NCBI GenBank assembly: GCA_038211855.1
Contig: JBBQVE010000001.1
Span: 17,648 to 81,647, forward strand
Direction of reading: 5' to 3'
Length of the DNA: 64,000 bases
DNA from: Candidatus Saccharimonadales bacterium
Lineage (GTDB): Bacteria > Patescibacteriota > Saccharimonadia > Saccharimonadales > SZUA-47
The notes beneath the pieces are model-generated. The model had not been told where the DNA came from, searched no databases, and saw nothing but the letters and a program-made list of their open reading frames with translations. The position numbers and the translations under genes were made by a program. Positions 48,955 to 58,929 of the stretch are shown piece by piece (the first letter of the stretch is position 1; every line of letters begins with the position of its first letter).

Positions 48955-51204
48955 CTATTTCTTGGGGAGTGAGAGGGCCTTCTGGAGTGAGGCAGTAATC
49001 ACTGGCAGATCAAGCATATCGCCGTCCCAAGCCAGATAGTTCTGCTCCCACATTGGCTCAAACTTATTCTTGAACTGCTCTAGGCCTTGCATGGAAAACA
49101 CTGGTTTAAGGGCCTTTTTGCTGAGGTTAAGGAGCAGTTTTGTCGTTTGTTCTTTGCCAACGTGGGCCAGTGGCACAAAGCCGAGGTCAAAATGGGTAAA
49201 CTTCCCTTCCTGCTTCAATTGCAGAATCGTTTCACTCAGCAGCAGTGCCATGGCGCCTTCAGCATCGGGGAGGAAACGCATCAGGTCGATGGTAGTCTGG
49301 GTGATTGGTCCAAACGACGGTAGTTGGTTGGCAAATGCTACAATCTCGCCAGCTTGATTTTTGAGGGCATGAATTATGCAGTCCTTCAAAAAATCAGCGT
49401 CAAAGTACCCAAGTGCAAAGGTCCGCTCGCTATGGCCGTCACGTTGCAACCAGTCATCAGAAATCGTTTTTAGACGAGTGAGGATTTCATCGTTTTGCGG
49501 CGCGGGCAACGTCACGTACTCTAGCCCCTGTTTTTTGGCTTTGTTGCGAGCCCAGCGCCACCATTTGTCTTTCACCGTCTGCGAGGTGAAGGTGGCCATA
49601 TCAACAACTGCACTGGAACCGATCGCCATCGTCTTATAGCCGGCTTTTTGGTAGTTACCCAGGTTCTTTTCTTGAATCATGAGCCAACAGGCGTGACTTC
49701 CCTTTTGACGACAAAAATCACGGAAGGCGACGATATCTTCGCGTCGACGCGACGGATGGGAGATTGGTTCAGCCAATGCAAATGTCATGGCGTTGGCCTG
49801 TTTAAAGGCGATTGCCGAACGTTCACCTGGACCGACCCAAAAGGCTTTATCCTTTGGCCAGAGCTTGAGGCTGTCTTCAGATGACGTACCATATCGCTCC
49901 AGCAGATGCTTGACGAGTACACGACTCCCTTCATCATCATCACTGTGGTGTGGCAGTAAGCCGGGCAGGAACAGCCCCAAAAAGAGCCACGAATACAAAA
50001 AGATACCCGCGGCGTTGAGCGCCTGTTCAAACAAACGAGCTTTGAGCGAATCGTCAGCATCGGGACTGATTTCGAGGAGAAGCGTTCGTTTGACGATGCG
50101 CGATGTTGAGAGCGTGCTGCGCTTCCAAGCGTTCAAGTTAAAAGCATGGAATCCAACAGAGAGAATCACAACGGCGCCGGCCGTAATTGCCAATACGAGT
50201 ACGGTTGATTTGAGACGGTTCACAAACCGTTCTGGACTATTGTGGCGCGTAAACAGATTCTCAGAAAATATGAGCACAAGCGCCAGCAGGCCGTAGCCAA
50301 TCACATCAGCAGGTCGAGGAGTAATGGCGGCGAATTTGATGATTTCCATTGCCGCTAATGCCAAAACGATACGGCGTGCCAGCGCCGATCCGCGCGCCAT
50401 CGAGCGGCTCAGCAACAGCAAGACGAGCCCAACCACGACGCTATGCTGCACCAGCCAGGCAGTATCATTGACGAACAGGAGTCCGCCAGCCCGGCGGCCA
50501 ACGTGGTACAGGTGCGCCGCCGTTAGTAGCGATACGAGGCCGTTCGCAGCTACAAAATAGGCCAAGACTTTTCGGATACGGCTGGCATTTTTTTCGGCAA
50601 CTTCTAGCCTCCACGAGGGGCGATAGAACAGATAGTAGACCCAATAGAGCTGCGTAAGCGTATAGAGCATCTCTACGGTGAGCAGGATGGTTGGCGCATT
50701 GCTGTGACCGACGTACAGACCAACGATGCACAAGAACTGAACGAGCGGCATCCATAATAATTTCCGCTGTCTATAGGCGAGGTATGTAGAACCGCCCAAA
50801 AATAGTCCGCCAAGCAGGGCGAGCGCGCTGGCATGAATCGACGATGAGAAGGTGTTAACGGGCGAGCAGACACCCATCGCCACTTGGCACCGAATCGGCA
50901 GCAGGACTGGTACTGCCATCAAAAGCAGACCGCCATAAAAGATATCTACAGCGTGACGGCCAAACTTTTCACGCACATCATGACGCGCTATATATATACT
51001 GACACCTAAGGTAACAATTCCTAGCAGCGCAAATAGTCGAAACAGACCGGCGTCTCTCATATTCGAGGCTTGATAAGCTTCGCTCAGGTTTGGACCGCGT
51101 AGCAACAGATGATTCGCGTAAGCCGAAAGCAACCACACCGAGCTGCTGAGAAAGTAGATAACAGAGAGAATCCTTAAGCTGGTTTTTTTGTTTATGCTTT
51201 CCAC
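48955..51204 (-). CDS. MprF-like aminoacyl-phosphatidylglycerol synthase (polytopic N-terminus + DUF2156 / LPG_synthase_C domain)
   Basis: 749 aa. More than 10 TM helices are followed by a cytoplasmic C-terminal domain with GL.QFK.KFEP.W...YLA-type motifs. Confidence 0.5.
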   Translation of the reverse strand: MESINKKTSLRILSVIYFLSSSVWLLSAYANHLLLRGPNLSEAYQASNMRDAGLFRLFALLGIVTLGVSIYIARHDVREKFGRHAVDIFYGGLLLMAVPVLLPIRCQVAMGVCSPVNTFSSSIHASALALLGGLFLGGSTYLAYRQRKLLWMPLVQFLCIVGLYVGHSNAPTILLTVEMLYTLTQLYWVYYLFYRPSWRLEVAEKNASRIRKVLAYFVAANGLVSLLTAAHLYHVGRRAGGLLFVNDTAWLVQHSVVVGLVLLLLSRSMARGSALARRIVLALAAMEIIKFAAITPRPADVIGYGLLALVLIFSENLFTRHNSPERFVNRLKSTVLVLAITAGAVVILSVGFHAFNLNAWKRSTLSTSRIVKRTLLLEISPDADDSLKARLFEQALNAAGIFLYSWLFLGLFLPGLLPHHSDDDEGSRVLVKHLLERYGTSSEDSLKLWPKDKAFWVGPGERSAIAFKQANAMTFALAEPISHPSRRREDIVAFRDFCRQKGSHACWLMIQEKNLGNYQKAGYKTMAIGSSAVVDMATFTSQTVKDKWWRWARNKAKKQGLEYVTLPAPQNDEILTRLKTISDDWLQRDGHSERTFALGYFDADFLKDCIIHALKNQAGEIVAFANQLPSFGPITQTTIDLMRFLPDAEGAMALLLSETILQLKQEGKFTHFDLGFVPLAHVGKEQTTKLLLNLSKKALKPVFSMQGLEQFKNKFEPMWEQNYLAWDGDMLDLPVITASLQKALSLPKK

Positions 51205-51254
51205 TGGTTACAGTATAAACGAAATGGTGCATAATACATCCTAGAGGAACTCCC

Positions 51255-52016
51255 ATGGACGAACCAACATCTACGCCAGAACGACAGTCTATCCGCACCA
51301 AAGCGTCACTGAGCCGTTTCAAGAAGTCAATTATCTGGATCGGTATCATCATCGTCATCTTAGCTGTTGGGTACGAAGCTTTTCGTGTCCTGACCAAAAA
51401 GCAGACCGCGCCTGTAAAACAGGTCGCAGTACAAACCGCACAGACAGCACCGAGCCTTCCAAAGGACGTTCCCGACGCTGGCGCCACCAAGCCATATAGT
51501 AATACTGCTTTAGGGGTAAAATTGAGTTATCCAGATACGTGGAAAATTACCGAAATGCCAGATCAAGGTGTACGAATCGAGTCACCGGAATTCAGCTTCA
51601 TATCGAACGAACAAGGCACACAAAACGGCCTCTTTCGCCTCTATATCCGCAAAGGCGCCCGTATGTCTGATAGTAAATTCATCGGCCGCGGCTATGCCCT
51701 CGCCCCATCAGAAAAGCTCATCTACACAAAACCTGCAAATGATCAGCGCAAGGATACGCTCATTACGCAGTTCGGGCTCGATAAGCCGGATAACTTTGCC
51801 TATTTCTTTATTGCCGGCAACTTCCAGCTCAGCAAAGGTGACACACTCGGCCCGCACTATGGCAACGAGCCGGAAACCTTCATTATCGCGGGTGGCTACA
51901 GCGGTCCAAAGCTCACTGAAGACATGGCAACCTACACCGTGGCACCTGATGTGACGACTACCAGCAACGCCTACAAACAAGCAGTTATGATTATCAGCTC
52001 ACTACAGCTTAATTAA
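51255..52016 (+). CDS. Hypothetical membrane-anchored secreted protein
   Basis: 253 aa with an N-terminal TM helix (IIWIGIIIVILAVG). Confidence 0.4.
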   Translation: MDEPTSTPERQSIRTKASLSRFKKSIIWIGIIIVILAVGYEAFRVLTKKQTAPVKQVAVQTAQTAPSLPKDVPDAGATKPYSNTALGVKLSYPDTWKITEMPDQGVRIESPEFSFISNEQGTQNGLFRLYIRKGARMSDSKFIGRGYALAPSEKLIYTKPANDQRKDTLITQFGLDKPDNFAYFFIAGNFQLSKGDTLGPHYGNEPETFIIAGGYSGPKLTEDMATYTVAPDVTTTSNAYKQAVMIISSLQLN

Positions 52017-52609
52017 TCAGTCATCGGCACATAAGTCAGGCGTTCTTTAGGTGTCTGGCCGGTGTGAATAAGAATTTTTTGAACTGCTTCATAAAGATTG
52101 TCGCCGTGTTGTTGTAGTGCGTCTCGGTAAAATTGATACAGCACATAAGCATCATCATAAGCACGGTGGCGATTGGCAATTTCATAGCCACCCCGGTCGA
52201 TAAGCGCATCGAGGGTATGGCGGCGATGTTCAGGGTGCAGCAGGCGCGATAATTTAGCGGTACAAAAATGATCCATATCCAGCGAATGGCCAAGTCGTTT
52301 AAACTCACTGGCAAAAAAACTGTAATCAAAGCCAACATTATGGGTCACAAAAATTGAGTCCTCAAACAGCCGTTCGACTTCATCGGCCACCTGCCTGAAC
52401 TGGGGTTGGCCGGATACGTCACTCGTTCGAATACCGGTCAGATTCGTGATGAACCATGGCACATCGACTCCCGGGTCTAGTAGCTGCTTATATTCAGCCA
52501 CGATCTTCCCGTTTTCGACTCGTACCGCGCCGATTTCCAAGATGTGACCATCGCGCGCGCTGAGCCCGGTCGTCTCGACATCAACAAAAACAAGAGGACG
52601 CCCATTCAT
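52013..52609 (-). CDS. DEDDh 3'-5' exonuclease (DnaQ / Pol III epsilon-like)
   Basis: Exo I FVDVETTGL, Exo II VTHNVGFDYSF and Exo III H....YDDAY are present. Confidence 0.7.
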   Translation of the reverse strand: MNGRPLVFVDVETTGLSARDGHILEIGAVRVENGKIVAEYKQLLDPGVDVPWFITNLTGIRTSDVSGQPQFRQVADEVERLFEDSIFVTHNVGFDYSFFASEFKRLGHSLDMDHFCTAKLSRLLHPEHRRHTLDALIDRGGYEIANRHRAYDDAYVLYQFYRDALQQHGDNLYEAVQKILIHTGQTPKERLTYVPMTD

Positions 52610-52654
52610 ACTTCCTATACTATCATTTGACCTCAGACAAAACCTGCATTACAG

Positions 52655-53392
52655 TTGTGCTTATTCATGCATAAAAAAGGAACGCTGCTGTACTGTTTCT
52701 CACCGCCGGTCATGCTGGTAACGTTTGTCATTGAAATCACTTTAGCCCTATACACTTTATGGCGCTATAAGATGAACACGATTGCCCGTTTAGCAGCGTT
52801 GATGCTGCTCTTTTTGGCAATCTTCCAAGTGTCCGAATACATGCTCTGCGGCGGACTCGGTTTTACTGGAGTAGATTGGATCCGATTTGGCTATGTTTCG
52901 ATTACTGTGTTGCCACCGCTGGGTCTGCATATGGCGGTCATTTTGGCCGGCAAAAAGCGTTTTAACTGGCTGGTACTGACGAGCTACATATCGGCTGCGG
53001 TATTCATTTACTTTTTCGTGTTTGTCACCAAAAGCCTCAATGGCAAAGACTGTATGCCGAATTATGCGGTCTTTCATGTGGACCACAAGCTGACAGACTT
53101 TTACGGGCTGTATTACTACGGCTGGCTGATTGTGAGTTCGGCTTTGGGGCTGTATTGGGCGCAAAACTCCAAATATCGCCGCAACTTATTGGGTCTTGTT
53201 GCCGGCTACGGCGTGTTCATCATTCCCTCTGCGCTAGTGGTTATTCTTAACCCATACACGACACAAGCCATTCCATCGGTCATGTGCGGCTTTGCGGTAC
53301 TCATGGCGATTAGCTTAGTCGTCTTTGTGTTGCCGGGCGCGGGAGTACACCGTAAGGTTGGCGTTATTCACAAGGAATCATCCAAGAAGTAG
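52655..53392 (+). CDS. Hypothetical polytopic membrane protein
   Basis: About 7 TM segments. The start is uncertain (alternative Mets at codons 5 and 40). Confidence 0.35.
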   Translation: MCLFMHKKGTLLYCFSPPVMLVTFVIEITLALYTLWRYKMNTIARLAALMLLFLAIFQVSEYMLCGGLGFTGVDWIRFGYVSITVLPPLGLHMAVILAGKKRFNWLVLTSYISAAVFIYFFVFVTKSLNGKDCMPNYAVFHVDHKLTDFYGLYYYGWLIVSSALGLYWAQNSKYRRNLLGLVAGYGVFIIPSALVVILNPYTTQAIPSVMCGFAVLMAISLVVFVLPGAGVHRKVGVIHKESSKK

Positions 53393-53397
53393 TATTT

Positions 53398-54666
53398 TTA
53401 TAAAAGTGTCGCTTGGGCGTTGGCGTCTTCTTCGCCCGATTCGAGCATTTCGAGGCCTTTGATGCGCGGCATGGCCCCTGCCCCGAGCTGGCCTTGGATG
53501 CTACCAATGATGTTGGCGGTGTTGCTCAGCAGTTTGCGGGCTTGGCTTTCGCGCTTTGCCCACAGGCGTTCGTATGCGAGCCGTTCTTTGTGAACATCAC
53601 TGATCATTTCCATGTAGACCTCAACCATTGATTCGATTGGTTGGACGAACTCGTGGCTGGTTACATAGGCGTGAATCGCTTCGGCGCTGGTGCCGCGGTT
53701 CTTGGTAAAGGCCTTCTCGCGGGCAACATCGAGCAGGCTTTTGCGCAGCAAGGTGCCGAGGATAATCGCAGAGGCTGGTTTAGCCACCCAGACGCCGTTG
53801 TGCAGATGGATTTCTGACTTTACATCCTTGGGCATGACTTCAGTGATAATAACAGGGATATTGGCCTTGGTGTCACGCAGGTCATCTTTGAGCTTTTGGA
53901 TCCAGCCTTCGGTCCAGACTTTGGTACGTTTGATCTCCCACAATATCACACCGCAGTCATTGCCGAGCGGGCTGCGTACGGTGTGTTTGATGTCGGCACC
54001 ACGCACACCTTTATCGACGGGAACGATCTGGTCGTCACGGAATTCCGTTGTGAGGGCGTGTTCAAGGTCGAGTTCTAAAACTTCGCCTTGCATCTGTTGG
54101 CTGCCCTGCTGGAGCTTGCGCTGGAGTTCTTCATTGACCTTGAGGGCATCATTACGCTGTTTTTCTAATGCTGCAATATTAAGGCGTTGTTTTTCATCAG
54201 CCTGCTTGGTGGCGTCTTCACGGATTTTGGCTTCTTCTTCGGCCATTTTCTTGCGAGCTTCCAGTTCGGCGTTGTCTTTGGCGCGGTTAGTTTCGCGCAG
54301 TTGGTCAACCAGTTTGCCGAGTTCTTCGCGCATCTTTTTGTTGTCTTCCTTGGCATGCTCAGCGTCGTCTTTGAGGGACTTTACGAGTGATTCATGTTCG
54401 GCAGCGGCGCGTTTCTGGGCCTGCAGAATCTCGGATTCTTGCTGCTTTTTGGCGATTTCTAGCTCTGTTGCGGCCTCGCTCATCATTACTTTCATTGCGG
54501 CTTCAGATGACCTGCGCGCTGCAGCCGCAGCTTCGGCCTTGGCCTTTTCGAGTTCATCAGCATGTTTGTGGCGTTCGGCAGCCAAAACCCGAGCCTCAAT
54601 CTGGCCTTCAAGGGCTTTATCAATCTCTATTTCAGTGCCACAACTCGTACAAACAATCGTATTCAT
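53398..54666 (-). CDS. DUF2130-like protein (N-terminal zinc ribbon, long K/E-rich coiled coil, conserved C-terminal domain)
   Basis: 422 aa with CTSCGTE at the N-terminus. The family assignment is from memory. Confidence 0.45.
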   Translation of the reverse strand: MNTIVCTSCGTEIEIDKALEGQIEARVLAAERHKHADELEKAKAEAAAAARRSSEAAMKVMMSEAATELEIAKKQQESEILQAQKRAAAEHESLVKSLKDDAEHAKEDNKKMREELGKLVDQLRETNRAKDNAELEARKKMAEEEAKIREDATKQADEKQRLNIAALEKQRNDALKVNEELQRKLQQGSQQMQGEVLELDLEHALTTEFRDDQIVPVDKGVRGADIKHTVRSPLGNDCGVILWEIKRTKVWTEGWIQKLKDDLRDTKANIPVIITEVMPKDVKSEIHLHNGVWVAKPASAIILGTLLRKSLLDVAREKAFTKNRGTSAEAIHAYVTSHEFVQPIESMVEVYMEMISDVHKERLAYERLWAKRESQARKLLSNTANIIGSIQGQLGAGAMPRIKGLEMLESGEEDANAQATLL

Positions 54667-54801
54667 GTCTTCTCTTCATTCTGCCCGCTCATTTAGCGAA
54701 CCCTTCAATATACAGTGTAGTCGTCCAACCAGTAAAGTACGATTGTAAATTTTACTGATTGTGTGCCTGTAGGTCATCCGTTATAGTGTCGGTATTAACA
54801 G

Positions 54802-55338
54802 ATGAGTGCAAGTAACTATCGTCGATGCGTAAGTATGGGTGTGACGGGCAGAAATGTCGGCAACTGCTTTGTGGCGGGCATTGACAGACTGTTGCCTGGT
54901 CAAAAAGTTGATCCGGATTTCTACACTCATTACTTGACTGAAGTTGAAAGAATTAGTGCAGTCAGAAAAGGTCGACGAAACCCACACTTTTTGCGTCTTT
55001 ATGATGAGCTCCAAGACCAAGTTGGCGGTGAGCCGTTTTTGTATGCGAGACTTACGTCGGCCGAACAGCTTCACGCTGCAGCACTTGATGCGGACTTAAA
55101 CGGCTATGAGTTAGTGCTCGATATGGATTTTGCAAAGGACGTCGTACATTCACTTGGTCTGCACGTCATCGATAAACGTCGTGCTCACTACCGGCTTTCT
55201 AGTACGCATACGCCTCCCGCTTTGCGTGGAGTAGTCACGCTCGACTATGTGTATCCATTCCTCGCGCAGCCTCCAGATCCACCGAGCGATGTCTTCCCTT
55301 TTAATGATGCGAATGTGGCTTATGTACCGCAGGTTTAG
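54802..55338 (+). CDS. Hypothetical protein (178 aa)
   Basis: ORF only. Confidence 0.3.
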   Translation: MSASNYRRCVSMGVTGRNVGNCFVAGIDRLLPGQKVDPDFYTHYLTEVERISAVRKGRRNPHFLRLYDELQDQVGGEPFLYARLTSAEQLHAAALDADLNGYELVLDMDFAKDVVHSLGLHVIDKRRAHYRLSSTHTPPALRGVVTLDYVYPFLAQPPDPPSDVFPFNDANVAYVPQV

Positions 55339-55714
55339 TTACAGAGTAAAATAATCTTATTTGACTATAAGTTAGATGCTGATAATGACAACTACGGCTG
55401 CGAAAGCTATAGATTAATTAATTCGATCAGATACTGCGAAAGATTCCTGTCCACTGCGTGAATATGGGTTCCTTTTATGCCACGCGTAAGTAGAGTTTTG
55501 TATATATTTAAAATGTATTTTTCTAATTCATCCTCTGATTCTATTGATCGTCTGCCATTAAGCTAACTCAGTGTATTTACTATGATTATCTTTGGATTTT
55601 TCCAGAGGATACTTAAGCGCGTTTTTATTAATTTTAGATGTAAGCATCAGTCTCATCGCTAGTTTTGCATTGAAAATGTTCAAGCACCTCAGAAGCTTCA
55701 TTGGTTTTTGCACG

Positions 55715-56113
55715 CTACCCATTCAACCGAGTAATACTAAACTGCAAAACGGTAGCAATACACACCCACACAAGATAAGGGACAAAAGCCAGCGTAGCGA
55801 GCTTGTTGTGCGGCCAGATGGCGATCATTGACCAGATGATGGTGAAGAGTATCAAGATGATATCGACGCAGGCCAACTTGTTGTTGCGGAGGCCAAACTG
55901 GATTGGCGTAAAAATGATGTTAAAAAACAGGTTAAGCCAAAACGACAGTCCTACCTTCCAGCTGATTTTGTGGTGAATGACGGCGAGTAGCACATACGCG
56001 TTGACGGCAATAATAAACAGATACAGCACACTCCACACTTGCCCAAACAGGCTGGGTTGCGGCGCCCACGACGGCTTTTTGAGGGCCATATACCACTCTT
56101 GTGAGTTATTCAT
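55715..56113 (-). CDS. tspO: TspO/MBR family tryptophan-rich sensory protein
   Basis: 132 aa. LKKPSWAPQPSLFGQVWSVLY resembles the TspO N-terminal signature. 5 TM helices are predicted. Confidence 0.55.
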   Translation of the reverse strand: MNNSQEWYMALKKPSWAPQPSLFGQVWSVLYLFIIAVNAYVLLAVIHHKISWKVGLSFWLNLFFNIIFTPIQFGLRNNKLACVDIILILFTIIWSMIAIWPHNKLATLAFVPYLVWVCIATVLQFSITRLNG

Positions 56114-56163
56114 ACCTCTATAGCTTACCTTATGCGTCTGTATTACTGGGAAAAATTTCGACC

Positions 56164-56646
56164 TTACTGCAAGCGAGCGATTGCAGCGGCGTTGGCCTGC
56201 ATGCAGGATGTATCGAAGAGATCTATGACGTAGCCTGCCCCACAGCGTACGGCAGCGCTTATGGACACATCGTCTTCAAGCGAGCGGAAGTGGGCATCGA
56301 GGATATATATAGTTTCGCTAAACTCACTGTGACTCACCGTTGCATCAAGTGCGGTCCTGTCGAAGTAGTCTTGTATACTTTCACGAGGCGCAAGCTTCGG
56401 CTTAAAAGCCATACCGTTTTCGCGAAATTTATTAAAGCCAGTGGCTTTGATGGTGTGCGGAACATCTGAGGCATTACAAGCCAGCCACGCCACGCCACCA
56501 CTCCCATAAAATGCCTGATGCAGCCGCAGCTCCATAGTTGTGTGAGTTTGGGGCGTGTATATATTGGCGGCTCTCATGATCACGTCACCTGCAGAAACTT
56601 TTCTGGCTATGCGCCCGCATTCGTCGACTGTAGCTTTTTGCATCAA
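56164..56646 (-). CDS. Hypothetical protein (160 aa)
   Basis: ORF only; no confident motif. Confidence 0.3.
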   Translation of the reverse strand: MMQKATVDECGRIARKVSAGDVIMRAANIYTPQTHTTMELRLHQAFYGSGGVAWLACNASDVPHTIKATGFNKFRENGMAFKPKLAPRESIQDYFDRTALDATVSHSEFSETIYILDAHFRSLEDDVSISAAVRCGAGYVIDLFDTSCMQANAAAIARLQ

Positions 56647-56681
56647 GTCGAAAGGGTACGTTCACGCGCTGTAACATAAAC

Positions 56682-57029
56682 TTAAGCTGCAGGCCTCATG
56701 ATAAAAAGTTCGAGTAATCCGTTAATCGCCAACTTGTGCATCGCCTGGGGATTCGGGCTTATGTAAGTTTGTCCGCCGGCTTTCTGTGTTTCGCGCCAGA
56801 TGACAAGCAGTGATCTTATGCCTGTTTCGCCTACGAACTTCTTGTCAAGGTCAACCACAATATCTTTCTCTTGTCCTTCCGCAAGTATGATTCTTGCCAG
56901 AGCTTCGAGCCGTGCTTCAGCGCCGTTGTTTCCGTCGAGGTCGGTATTCACATACAGCACGTTTTTTTCGCCGCGCCTTACAAGTTCGAACGAATCAGTC
57001 GCGTCTATATCCGGCATATAACATTTCAC
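56682..57029 (-). CDS. STAS-domain protein (anti-sigma-factor antagonist-like)
   Basis: 115 aa. DLDKKFVGETGIRSLLVIWRETQKAGGQTYISPNPQAMHKLAINGL follows the SpoIIAA-like pattern. Confidence 0.4.
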   Translation of the reverse strand: MKCYMPDIDATDSFELVRRGEKNVLYVNTDLDGNNGAEARLEALARIILAEGQEKDIVVDLDKKFVGETGIRSLLVIWRETQKAGGQTYISPNPQAMHKLAINGLLELFIMRPAA

Positions 57030-57129
57030 CTGTTTATGAAACTATTATACGCCTTATGTCAAATATATCTTATGAGCATCGTAAGAAAACTCACAGTTGT
57101 TACTCATTAAGTAGGGGTACGATGAGCGC

Positions 57130-57372
57130 GTGACCAAACAAGAAGAATTCAAAATTGACGGCAAAGATTTGCTTGCTATGGTGAAGCAGATTATTCATGA
57201 AGGCAACGTTCGGCGTATAGGAATTAAAAATAAGGATGGTAAGACGCTTCTAGAGGTTCCATTGACCGTAGGTGTGGCGGGTTTATTGCTCGCCCCTACC
57301 CTCGCGGCACTCGGCGCTTTGGCTGCTCTGCTTACCGAATGTACGTTAGTCGTTGAACGCCAAGTAAAATAA
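57130..57372 (+). CDS. DUF4342-like small protein (80 aa)
   Basis: GTG start. LLAMVKQIIHEGNVRRIGIKNKDGKTLLEVPLTVGVAG resembles DUF4342 as recalled. Confidence 0.35.
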   Translation: MTKQEEFKIDGKDLLAMVKQIIHEGNVRRIGIKNKDGKTLLEVPLTVGVAGLLLAPTLAALGALAALLTECTLVVERQVK

Positions 57373-57573
57373 TAGCCCTGTAGCGAGTTTTACTTGTAAT
57401 TACGAAGCAGATGTTTCACATCGAGCTTGGCCTGTTCAAAGGCGATGCTCTTCTTTTTGTTGGTTTTTTTCATATTTGGCCTTTCTGTTTGTGGAATGTA
57501 CTAAGATTATGCCTATGTCACTCGCTTTGGCTGTCAGAAATCTCACAATCCAAAAAACTGTTACACTGCATAT

Positions 57574-58929
57574 ATGACCCGCAAACAACTTTTCACGCTT
57601 ATTACGACGATTGTTGCCAGCGGCGTCGTGATTTTAGACGGCTCTGTCGTCAACTTGGCTTTGCCTCATATTGCCGGTAGTCTTCACACCTCATTTTCGG
57701 GATTGCAGTGGATTGTTGATGGCTATTTGTTGACGCTTTCTTCATTGATTCTGCTGGGCGGCTCGCTTGGTGATATTCTGGGACGCAAGAAGGTTTACTT
57801 GTTTGGACTGGCTGGTTTTGCAGTTGCATCGCTGCTCTGCGGACTGTCGGTCTCGACGGGTATGCTGATTGCCTTGCGCATGCTGCAAGGTGTATTCGGA
57901 GCGCTGTTGGTACCGGGCGGTTTGGCGATTATTAATACCAATTTCACGGCCGAAAATCGTAGTGCTGCCATCGGTCGCTGGACGGCGTGGTCGGCTATGG
58001 CAGCGGCAATTGGACCACTGCTCGGTGGCTATATTATCAGCGTGGCTTCGTGGCGCTGGATCTTCATTATTAATGTGCCCCTAATTGCCGTTTGTCTATA
58101 TTTGGGCTTAGTTGGCATCAAAGAGACGAAGAACGCTACGCCACGTAAAATTGATTATCAAGGGGCGATGCTGGCTGCTTTGGCCCTCGGCGGCATTACC
58201 TATGGGCTCATAGAAGGTCCGGCGCGTCATTGGGGTGCCTCGAGCCTGCTGCCACTGATAATCGGCTTTGCGAGTTTTGCGGCCTTCATTTTTACAGAGA
58301 TGCGCAGCAAAGATCCGATGGTCAAATTGGGCTTGTTCCGTTCGCGCAATTTTACAGCTGCCAACATCGCTACCTTTGCCATGTACGGTGCGCTCGGTGG
58401 CTTTTTCTTCATCTTGATTATCCATCTGCAGACAGTTGTTGGCTTCTCGAGTCTCAAAGCCGGTCTTTCTACCGTGCCAGTCTCTATTTTGCTATTACTG
58501 CTTTCGAGCCGGGCTGGTGAGTTAGTTGGCAAATATGGTCCAAGGTTGTTTATGACTTTTGGGCCGATTATCGCCGCCAGTGGCATGGCACTCCTTTTGA
58601 CGCTGCACAGGGGTTCTGGGCTCATAACTGGTGTGTTCCCGGGAATGATTCTATTTGGGGTTGGGTTGGCACTCAATGTGGCGCCACTGACGAATACGGT
58701 AATGAGCTCGGTCTCAGAAACCGACTCCGGTATCGCCTCTGGTGTTAACAATGCCGTGTCCAGAGTGTCGGGCTTGATAGTGATTGCCCTGCTCGGCTTG
58801 TTTGGTGCCACCAACAGTTACCGCTATACAGTGATTTTGTGTGCGATTATGGCCGCTTCAGCCGGCGTTCTGGCATTTCTACTCGTTGATAACGGTTTGG
58901 TACAGCAGACAGCAAAAAAGCGCGCTTAA
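57574..58929 (+). CDS. MFS transporter, DHA2 (EmrB/QacA) family
   Basis: 451 aa with 14 predicted TM helices. Motif A-like GDILGRKK is present. Confidence 0.75.
   Translation: MTRKQLFTLITTIVASGVVILDGSVVNLALPHIAGSLHTSFSGLQWIVDGYLLTLSSLILLGGSLGDILGRKKVYLFGLAGFAVASLLCGLSVSTGMLIALRMLQGVFGALLVPGGLAIINTNFTAENRSAAIGRWTAWSAMAAAIGPLLGGYIISVASWRWIFIINVPLIAVCLYLGLVGIKETKNATPRKIDYQGAMLAALALGGITYGLIEGPARHWGASSLLPLIIGFASFAAFIFTEMRSKDPMVKLGLFRSRNFTAANIATFAMYGALGGFFFILIIHLQTVVGFSSLKAGLSTVPVSILLLLLSSRAGELVGKYGPRLFMTFGPIIAASGMALLLTLHRGSGLITGVFPGMILFGVGLALNVAPLTNTVMSSVSETDSGIASGVNNAVSRVSGLIVIALLGLFGATNSYRYTVILCAIMAASAGVLAFLLVDNGLVQQTAKKRA

Noticed and set aside
53690-54748. 352-aa Ser/Ala/Leu-rich plus-strand ORF
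   Set aside because: Its low-complexity composition is the expected antisense translation of the K/E-rich coiled-coil gene 53398-54666, which has a zinc ribbon and better codon structure.
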